Source: Raillietiella orientalis (Eukaryota). From it: a stretch of 64,000 nucleotides of DNA. Within the stretch, counting starts at the first letter, position 1. Every line of letters begins with the position of its first letter. The translations under genes were made by a program, and so were the position numbers. The stretch covers positions 1,674,001 to 1,738,000 of the forward strand of contig JAYWIR010000007.1 of NCBI GenBank assembly GCA_036172245.1, in the 5' to 3' direction. Shown here piece after piece: positions 53,401 to 64,000 of this stretch. Below the pieces are notes generated by a model, which saw only the letters and a list, made by a program, of their open reading frames with translations, was not told the origin of the DNA and searched no databases.

Positions 53401-56400
53401 CCAGACACCAGAGGCGTCTACTTGACAGAAATGAACGTGGTTGTTCTTGCTGCACGCACGCAACCGAACAGGAGGGGGGGTGGGGATAGGAAGGGGGCGC
53501 ATTAGAACGCGCACTTGGTCCCGGAAAGGAGAGCTGAAGCTCAAAGGAGGGGAAACGGTAAATAAATGAAAATAAACAAAGCAATGAGGAGAGGGAGGGA
53601 AAGAGTCACTGACGTTCGGTTCATGTGGTTCTCGGTAGCCCTTGTGCAGCGAGGGCGATGTTGCTCCCTTGCTGTCCGACTCAGCTCCTCGCCACTCTCC
53701 GCGGAGATGGGTTGGCATGGTGCACTCCCATCAACTCAGGAGACGTGTCCGTTCGTCTGCGGTGAGAAGCCACGCCGCCCCTCGTGATGCCAAGAGCTCG
53801 GAATGGCCGCGCGTGACGGCGGCTTCCCCGGGGGTGTCGGCTCCCCAAAGTGACTTCCGCCGGATCACACAGGTGTCGGGTGTCGCTGCGTGCTGCGGGA
53901 GCCGTTCGCATCCCGTCGCCCGGGAAACGCAATCCGGCGCTGCTGCAGGCAAACGATCCAGGCAAGCAGCGACTGGCTTCGCGGGCTGGTGGAGTCACAC
54001 ACAGGTGCAGTTTCTCTCCCGGTTCCCATTATTCTGACGCGCGGCTGGCCCCGTTTGTTTCATTTTATCTCTTCTACGACGCAACTACGACTAGTTGCGG
54101 GGGTTCTGCAAGAGGGAATGAGTACAAGTGAACTTTGAATGATAGAAAAAGGCTCTGTCAAGCTATGAGACCAAGCTGTTTCTCCGCCCACCCCACCCCC
54201 ACCAGACGGAACGGGGGAAAAAAAAACAAGGGAATGGCCAGATAGTTCACAGCTTGACGGTGGTGGCTACTGGATGTTTGCTTCTTATCCCTGTTGACAG
54301 ATGATGATGGCACACTCCTTCCTGAGGATTCGTTCGTCTCTGGTTCCCGGCTTTCTAGAGGCTTATCAGGGCTCGCCTCCAGCAGGAAGTCCCCGATTCG
54401 CTCCCTCCCCGGGTAGGACTGGCCGCTTCTGCGGATACTGCGCGCCGATCTGTGAAACAGAGCGGTTCGGACGGCTCTCAGGCGTTTCCTCCCCTCTCTC
54501 ACCCGGAGTCAGGCAAACTAAGGGTCTGGCGAATCTGACTCGAACTGGATCTGCGGCTCGGACTTTACTGCCTCCTCGGGGTTTCCAAGGGAACGGCTTC
54601 GGCTGTGACACTGGGCGATTTTCGGACGCGCACCGACAGTCCAAATTGATCTTGTACCGCTCTGATGCCTTCGTTAATCCTCTATTTCTTGCAAGGACCT
54701 TGCAGCATGGAGAGGGATAACAGAGTATGCTCTGAGGCGACGTGGCGCTTGCTCATAGCCTCCTCGTGTCGGCTCGTGTTCCCCCTTCATACGAGAGAAG
54801 CGCACATCTTCGCAGATGGAGATGTGCAGTGCGCCAACAAACCGAGGAGGAGCGACGTTCGAGAGCGCACCCGTGCCAGCAAGACGCATATTGAAGAAAG
54901 GGAAGAAAGGTTTTCCTCTTTGAGTACATCCGGGCGAAGCAAGGATGGGGCGAGAAATGAGTACGCCCCCCCCAAATGGCAGCGCGAGTGCGCGCAGCGA
55001 TGGGAGGCGAAGGCGCTGAACAACTTTTCTTCCCTTTCTTCTCCTTCCCGACCTCTTTCCGTTCTAAAGAGGCCCGACAGTAGAGGACCACCGACAGACG
55101 ATGCAAAAGTTCGCGAAATCTCGAGGAGACCTTCCAGCATCCGCGGAAAAGCAGCGCCTAGGAGTTGTGCGGCGCAAGAAATCGTTTTCTGAAGCATTCA
55201 TGAAGGAATCTGCGCGTTGCGATTCTTGGCTCTGTGTTTCCATGGCGGCCGGGGGGGGGGGGGGTGAGCAGGTGGTGCTCAAAGAGGTCGCGGATGAACC
55301 TCCAAAAGGAGAGGGCGAATTCGATTTGGGTTCTTTCAGAACGAGTCTTTCGACCACCCTAGTCGCGGGGATAGGGCGACCCTTGTGCAAGGTGATCGCC
55401 AGCTTGCAATTTAATTTTTTCATTCTTATTTTATTTTACTCTTTTAGGGGTGGGGAGGGGGTAAAACATGTCCCCCAAATCCTGGGTTGCAAACTGGGAC
55501 AGCAAGAAGTGTTGGGCTCGCCTTCGGCGTTTATCCCTACATTCTGGGAGCGAAGCAGCTCTTCCCTTGGGAATAAACAAAATACCCGTTGGATATGGAG
55601 CGCTCCGTGGCGGAAGCATTTCCCTCTGTTTGGAAAGTAGTCACACGACCTTACCGGAGATGAGGAACACTGTCACAGACTGGGAAAGGATCCTGATCAA
55701 AGGAGATGGCCACTCGCGGTCGCGCCGTATCGTGCCATAGCCGCCGCCCAGCATGCAGACTTCATTTCCTCTCCTCGAGAGACCAAAGCTCCGCGCTTCT
55801 TTAAGAATGAAGGCTGCTGCGAGCTCTCCCTTCGGATGAAGGTCGGCTCGGAATCCGCTGTCAGGCTGCCGAATCTTCGAGGGGCTGAACTGGGCGGTTG
55901 CAAGCGACAACGCCACGACCCTTAGCCTAGAGTGGCGCATCGACCCCTCCGGAACGGACCTGCAGACCCTGGCCACCGCCCCCCCCCTGGTTCCTCGAAT
56001 TCCTCCCTTCATCTTTTACGACTGCCTCGGTTCTTTTCGACACTCTGCTGACCGCAGGGGTGCTTGTCGCGGGAACAGTCGATCGCGCACAAGTACTGGG
56101 AAGAACGGGACCTCTGATTGGTTCGCCCCTGTTTGTGTCCTGTCACAACCTCTTTAGCACGTGTGAGCCAGCGTCCCCTCCGGGAAATCGATGATGCAAA
56201 TCTCTCTCGTGGGATCGACGTGTCGCGCCCTAGAGAACCCTTGGGGCTTCCCTGCTGCGTCGTTCCGCGTCTCACCGCGAACTCCCGGTCACTGGCGAAT
56301 TCGCAAGGCATCCGGTCTTCGCCTTTGTTCCAAGGCGTGTCCTGGGTCCACTCGCTCGCTTCCGCGTTGGCGCTCAGGAGACGAGGACCACCGCCTCCCG

Positions 56401-58299
56401 TCCTCCTTTCGCCTTCCTCGAGCTGAACCTTCCCCCCCCTCCCTCCTCTCGCCTCTGACGGTGTTTGCATGACGCTTGTGAACACGGTCGCTCCGAGAGT
56501 CGCGCTCGTGGATCCGGAGGTCGGTTCAGACCAGAATTCCCTTTTCGGTGGAAGTCCACCTGCGGAGCCGGGGGTCAGAGTACCTGGAAAAATCGCTTCT
56601 TTCCTCTCCTCCGCGTGAAGCGGAAAGACGCGCGCTCGGTGTCGCCAAAGAAAAATCGATGTCTGCAGCCTCGATGCGGGAGGACAAATAGATTCCATGC
56701 CAGCCGGGAAAGCAGCGCTAGGCGCCGGCGAAAAGTCCGCAGAGGAATTCTGGGAATCCGCGAATGACCACTTAGTCTGTCACGAAAAAAAATATGGAGG
56801 TGTGCCGTTTTTTTTTTGTGTTTTTTTTACACGCGCGCCGGGGGAATTTTTCCAGCTGGCATCCCTGAGCCTGGTCGAGGCGGCGGTCACGTAACGGAAG
56901 GAGCAGATCGCAGGCGAAGCTTCTGGAACCGGCTCTCTCTCTCAGCTAGGGCCTTCTCGGTAGTGTCTGCCTTCACGGGATCGCCGTCAACGCATCGGGC
57001 CACCACGCATGCATGACCGACCACGCCTCGTCTCGAAGGCGGAAGGCGGCAAAGCCGCGTGACCTTGGTTTCGCGAATTTGGCTACAAACGGGAGATGAA
57101 AGGGGGGGGGAGGGGAGAAGAAGACTGGGAACGCGCGGAACCGCTTCCTGGAAGGAACCCGTGCGACCTGGCAGAACGCGTTCCCGCCGCTCTCTGCTTC
57201 GGCGGAACCCTCGATCCCACCATCACCATCCGCCATCGATTCCGTGCGGGCAGAGCACTGCACGGGGCGTCCAGCGGGCGGGTCATACTGGAAGGAGGCG
57301 CGCGAAAGGTTTGCAGCCTGACCCCACTTTCCGGTCCTCTGCTGATGAAGACAACCGGACATTCCATTCCATTCCTTCCGGTCTTCAGTCCTCTGGTGGT
57401 TCGCCTCGAGTGCATGTATCCGATGTTTTCTTCGTTTTTTTTCCTCCTTGGCAACAACAGCAGCAACAACAAAAGAGCTGGAAGGAAAGCTGGAGAATAG
57501 AAGGATTCCCAAAAAGGTCTTCCATGGTCCCAGGCCAACAAGAGTGACGACCTCCGCGTAAGGTCGTCGCCGCTACCAGCCTTTAAAGAATACTGCGTTT
57601 GTACATATCTGGCGTACCGTGACGTGCGCGAGTGCGTCTCCCCGAGTGTGACGTAACTCATTCCCCTGGGACGACTCACATGACGTACTGGTTCACACAC
57701 CGTGCCTGCTCTCCTATTGCCTATGAGGGAAGGGGGGAGCGGGGGGAGGGAGAGGGCGCGCAAACTATGAGAACGCGAGAAGTGTGGGCGCATGACGGCA
57801 GCCACGGGAACCAACCCGGTCCCAGTGCTGCATCCTGGGAACGAACGGAGATGGCGCTGGAGAATTCGGCAGTGATGCGTTGCCGCGTATGCAGAAAACC
57901 ATCCCAGGTGCGCTGACGACACCACCGCCCCAGATGCAGCCTCCCGTCGCTCCATCCCGACGACGCGTGGGAAGGAAGGGACGCTGTTTCTCTTCCCCTG
58001 GGAAGCCGGAACGCGCACGGCACACCTGGGAAGAAGATTCGAGAGGGCGATCTGCGTTTCCCTCAGGACAAGCACCGAGGCGCCGAGCTATGTGCATCTC
58101 CTGAGGTTTGCCTTGGAGCCCTCTACTGTTCCAGATATCGCTGCGCTACGTGGTCCATGCGGCAGATCGGCCTCTTCGATTCGTCTGACTGTTGGGGCGG
58201 CGTCCCGGAGTCCGTTGAAATCGTGGACTTTCGGTACTGCCACCCCCTCCCCCGCGTATCCACGGTCCCTAAGAGGAAGGGCGCTGGGTGCTGAAGAGC

Positions 58300-59100
58300 C
58301 TCTCGCCTAGGGGCTCATGAAGCTCTTTGATGCTGTCCACGCCACCTGAGACTGCGTGTCAATTCTTCAAGTTAGGGAGGGATCACCCCATGAATCCAGG
58401 AAGAGCTCGGAGTCCATTCCTCCCTCACGCCTGGGAAAGGATCCCCGAGTGGAAATCACCTTCACCCTGGTTGTCTCCGAAGGGACCCCCTGGAGGGAGC
58501 TGCTCCTCATTTTCTTCTTCGGAGGGAACCCGCGAGGGAACCGCTCCCCGTTTCCTCCTCCTCTGTAGAGAACCCCGAAGGGACGCTTACGAATTTGTCT
58601 GGAGGGCGCTCCCCGAAGGGAGCAACGCTCTTCTTGGCACTCTGGAGAGGTACCTAGCAGCTCCATGGTACGAGATGCTCTCCCCCACCGTGGAAGGGAG
58701 GAGGGAAAGACTCCATCTTCATAACTGGAGGGGAACCTTGAAGGGATCCCCACTGCTTGATTCCCCGGAGGAGCCCGAAGGGTCCACTTCCAATGCCGGC
58801 CAGTCGACGGGGGCATCCGGTTCCCGGCTTCCTACTGGAGCCGCGCCCGAATAAGCAAACCAGCGTCATCTCGCGGGGGGGACTCGAAACCCACGACGTA
58901 CGAATTTCTCGATCCTTTCCCTGGCGGGATTCGAACCGCAACGCTCGCTGCTGCCACGCGCGGAGACCGCAGTCGCACGTGCGCCAACGCGAACTTTCTC
59001 AAGGAAAGGCACTCCGTCCTCCTGGGAGCCGGAGGCACACCCCTTCCTTCCCCTCGAGAAGCCGTCGCAAGCGGCGGGACAATGCAGGGCAAGGTCGGGG
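58300..59100 (+). mobile_element. LINE ORF2 post-RT fragment; contains the left arm of the inverted duplication
   Basis: AAPWYE...EGSTSNAGQSTGA is homologous to 14138-14500. WRDSN and AAGGAAAGGCACTCC are homologous to 13030-13200 (-). Confidence 0.7.
58556..58937 (+). repeat. Left arm of an apparently identical inverted repeat, at least 382 bp
   Basis: Reverse complement of 63619-64000 with no net indel (end coordinates sum to 122556 at both ends). The ORF-track peptides are identical over the overlap. Confidence 0.95.
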
Positions 59101-61778
59101 GCTGGCCCACAGCTTCTGCGGTCCCCTGACCGCGGAGGAACGGAAGCTGCCCGGAATTCCAGTCCGCAGCCAAGCTAGACCCTTCCCTTCAGCGAAAGGA
59201 ATCTTTCTTGGATAGGGATCCTCGCGCGGAGAGGGGACGAAGGATACGAGGCCGAGCTCCCAGAGATCTCGAACATTCCAAGAAGCGTGCCCGCACGCAG
59301 CGGAGCACCTCGTTTCGCCGGAAGTCACGGATCATGGGGATCCAAGGTACCCCCTGCGGCTGCTGGGACCGCCGGGGTCGCGTGAAGCGACCCGAAAGGG
59401 CACAAGAGATCCGGGATGCACGTCGAAGCGAAGGGTCGGTCAAGAAGACCCGAGAGCTTCCCCCTGCGGCGGGTTTCCTGAGAAAGGAAGATGGGGCGGA
59501 TGCATTTCCTTGATGGCCGAAGGGGACACCCGCGCGATCCGAGGAGGAGGGAGGTCCCTCGCCTGCGGTCTCACCACCGGCTTTCGCCGGGAGACCGGGA
59601 AGCGCGACGGGAAGGGTCGGGAGGACGCGCGCCATCCGCGTCCCGCCTTCCGAGTGGTGCGAAGGCTCGGACGGGTGGACCTTCCTTCTAGGAACCGCGA
59701 TCTCCGTTCTGTTTTCAGATGGGCGTCCTAAAACGTCCTGAGTCCTGAAACCTGAATGCCAGGGAGCGCCGGAAGTCTGATGCCAGGGGGTGGCCACGCA
59801 GCTCCGATCGCTGCCGCTGTTCGGCGCCGTGTCGACCTCGGTCCACCCGGACCCATCGGGCCGAGACCAGTCGGATTCACCAGGGAGGACGGAAGACGGA
59901 GAGAGGAGGGCGCCAGCGAGATTTGCGGAGGGGACACCTGAGGGGAGAGGGGAGATCAGAGCGCATTTCTCGGGGCTCTTCTGGCACTTCCGGAGGCAGG
60001 AACCGCGGTCGACATCCCTGGAGGTGGTCATCGCCGAGCGTGCAGCACCCCCGCCGCGGACCGCTCCGAGGTGCCTTGGCGTCCAGGAGCGCTCGTGGAT
60101 CTCGACCTGAGGTCCACGTGGATCCCGGCATGGTCCACTGATAACGGACGGGAACCGCGATTGTTTCTCCAGGGATAGTGTGCTCACGGTGGCGACAAGC
60201 GAACCGGGATCCCAGCATCATCCCAGAGCCTCGGTCGGAGATGGACGTGCCAGCGGGCGCGGAGGCCGCCGCTGCGTAGGTGAGGGGAGAAAAAAGCACG
60301 CACCCTCCGAGAGGAAGGTTGCGGGAACGCCGCTCAGGACGTTTGCGGGAGATGGAACCCAACGCGGATGCGAGCGGAACGCGCGTCTCCTCAGTGTCGA
60401 GCTTCCGAGGAGGAGGGCAGCGATGGGGGTGGGGGGGGGGGGGGGGGGGCATGCTCCTGCGAGCAGTTCGGGGTCGCGGTCGACGGCCACTGCCGTTCCG
60501 TGAACTCTTTTTGGGTATTCATGGGGTTCGCGCTCCCCGCTGGGTGAGTTGGCAGGGCCGGCACGTGAAGGTAGGAGAAAGGGGGGGGGCATCTCCGAGC
60601 CGGGGCTTCCGGCCGGATGGCTTTGCAGCTGCGAGCAAACGTCGCGCAGTTCCAGAGGAAGGAGAGGGGAACACGCGAGCACGAAGGCGATGGGACGATT
60701 CTTCCCCTGAGGGGACAAAAAGAACGTATCCCGTGAGTCGGCCCCAAGCCCTGACCGCTTTTGCCTACGAACGCGAGTAGCTCCCTCGCCTCGTCGCCGC
60801 CTGGGAGCCCCGCCCAGGAGTCCTCCCTCCAGAGCCTTCCCTTCGCTTCCCCTGTCAGAGGGAGCGAGTGGACGAGCCTGGTTTGGGTCTCTTCCCGTGA
60901 GAGAGAGGAAGTAAGGGGAAGGAAACAAATCCCCTTCCTCCATCCCGAAACGAGGGCTCGCACGCCTGCCTGCTTCCGCGGTCTCAGAACCTTCAGAGGG
61001 AACCCTACCGGATGTCCGCTGAGAGGCGCCTCAGCCCACTCCCCCTTGGTCGTCTCCAAGGGCAAAGAAGGCGGAACAGCACCTCTCCCGCTTTCCTCCT
61101 CCTCCACTTTTCCTACCTTCTTCCTCCTCCCTTTCTCCTTATGAGCGACAAGGCCCTAGCCGCATCTCTTCTCGCCCCCACTCCCCCTGGAGACGAATTT
61201 CCCCGCTTCCCCTTCCTGCCACCAGGTCCCTCCTTTTGTGCGACTCCCACGAACACAGTCCGAAGACCTGCGGCGACAGGAGGAGAGCCGAGCTCGAACA
61301 TTTGAAAGGAACCGAATCTCTGGGGCAAAGAGGTCCAAGAGATGCTAGAAAGCCATCTCCGCTCTCTGCTGCCACTCGACGGGCGGGTTCTCCGCTTTGC
61401 TGAGCGGGCGGTGGGGTGGGAGGAAAGGAAAGGGCGGCGAGATCACCTCCTGGACGTTTCCCTGCTTGGCTGTGCCTCAGAGTCGGGAGCGCGCCGCAAG
61501 ATCTGCTGGTTTCCGACGGTGTCCTTTCCACCCCACTCTTCCTCGAAGCGCGCGCGTCCCTTGGGGGCGGATCCAATGGAAAGGGAGGAAAAATCGAGGT
61601 TGTCTTCTCCTTTCCCTTCTCTTCCAGGCTGGCCCTTAGAAAACCGCTCGTCTCCCCCAGCCTGCTAGGCGCCGCGTCTACGGACAGCAGGGGACATGGC
61701 TGGGAGCACTGAGTGACCCCTCCTTTCTGCGGAGCCCCTGGTTCTTCTCCGTCTCCGAAAGCTCGCCCCGGGACCGCG

Positions 61779-62696
<918 letters not shown>

Positions 62697-63618
62697 CCGG
62701 AGGCAGGCTAGCGCTAAAGGTCCCGGGAAATAAACTGGCCCGCGGTCCTTCGAGGTCATCACCGACTCCTCGGTCTGGTGCGCGCGCCCTGCTTCCTTCT
62801 CTTGGCAGGAAAGGAAACGCTCCTTTCCCGGAAGCGTCGCTCCCCGTTTCTCCGGGACTGCCCTTTCGTCAGGGCTCGCGGGACCGATCGGGAGCTTCCC
62901 TCTGCGTCGATTATAGGCTGGACGCAGCAGGTCGCTCGCCAGCTGCACTCACGCGGCGCGCGATCTCTCCCGGAGCTACTGCGCTCGAGGGCTTTTGTTT
63001 CCGTCTCCTCCTACCCCTTTTTCATCCCCCCCACACACACACCCTCTCCCTCCGCGCAACAGCGGGCGGTACTCCACGGGAATCGGACCGATGTCGTCAT
63101 CACCGGCGAACAGACCACGCGGAAGCTGCCCCGCGCTCCCTTCCGCTTCCTGCCGCGAGGTCTGCGGTGCTCACGCGCCAAGAGCGGACAGCTACCTGTG
63201 CGCGCAGACGCCGTTCCGAGACCTCGCGACTCTGCAAGACCAAACCTCCTCTTTGCCTTTGAAAGTGCAGCGAGAAGAGATCTGCTTTGGACGCAGACCT
63301 CGGCCCGCGGACCTGAGCGCCCCGCGAAAGACGCAGACAGAAGAGTCGAGGCGACTCCTTTCGCCGTTCCCACAGCATGCCCTTTCGCAGAACCCTGAGG
63401 GTGTTCCCGAGACGACCATCTCTCTGAATGTCTGAATGACCGTTCGAGCGAATGCAGCTTGGAATGGATGCAATACAACGCCATTGTTGAAAGAATGCGG
63501 ATGATCATTCATTGCTGGAAGGTAGGGGGTTCGTGGTCTTTGCCCCCGAGCACCTCATGAAGAAAACCAAAAGGCGGAAAACCACTTCTTAAGACTAGCC
63601 AGCGCTGGAGGAGCGACA

Positions 63619-64000
63619 GGTTCGAATCCCGCCAGGGAAAGGATCGAGAAATTCGTACGTCGTGGGTTTCGAGTCCCCCCCGCGAGATGACGCTGGTTTG
63701 CTTATTCGGGCGCGGCTCCAGTAGGAAGCCGGGAACCGGATGCCCCCGTCGACTGGCCGGCATTGGAAGTGGACCCTTCGGGCTCCTCCGGGGAATCAAG
63801 CAGTGGGGATCCCTTCAAGGTTCCCCTCCAGTTATGAAGATGGAGTCTTTCCCTCCTCCCTTCCACGGTGGGGGAGAGCATCTCGTACCATGGAGCTGCT
63901 AGGTACCTCTCCAGAGTGCCAAGAAGAGCGTTGCTCCCTTCGGGGAGCGCCCTCCAGACAAATTCGTAAGCGTCCCTTCGGGGTTCTCTACAGAGGAGGA
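63619..64000 (-). repeat. Right arm of the inverted repeat; runs off the window end
   Basis: Reverse-complement match to 58556-58937. Confidence 0.95.

Noticed and set aside
63619..63680. tRNA/Pol III B-box-like GGTTCGAATCCC, also at 58926-58937 (-) and ~13096
   Set aside because: I could not build a cloverleaf or find an A box. The sequence is the antisense of LINE ORF2 codons (WRDSN/WEDSN) shared among copies.

Overview
This is animal (invertebrate-like) genomic DNA, not prokaryotic. An AT-rich gene island (~15.4-34 kb) holds two intact spliced housekeeping genes: mitochondrial acyl carrier protein (NDUFAB1, +, 4 exons, 133 aa) and CCZ1 (-, 10 exons, 459 aa). Both contain very short 44-51 nt introns. 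Between them lies a possible, heavily decayed Polinton/Maverick protein-primed DNA polymerase. The GC-rich flanks (1-15.4 kb and ~34.5-64 kb) are largely nested, degenerate copies of an L1/Tx1-like non-LTR retrotransposon family in both orientations. These copies share a 3' terminus of AATAAA plus a covarying stem-loop, with no poly(A) tail, and several termini abut TA-rich microsatellites or lie inside other copies. A 2-exon FoxJ1-like forkhead gene (61779-62696, 274 aa) lacks the usual Trp before NSIRHNLS and sits between apparently identical inverted repeats of at least 382 bp. Most long ORFs in the six-frame track are spurious GC-rich or antisense frames. All homology calls come from motif recognition by eye; no searches were run, and transposon boundaries are approximate.
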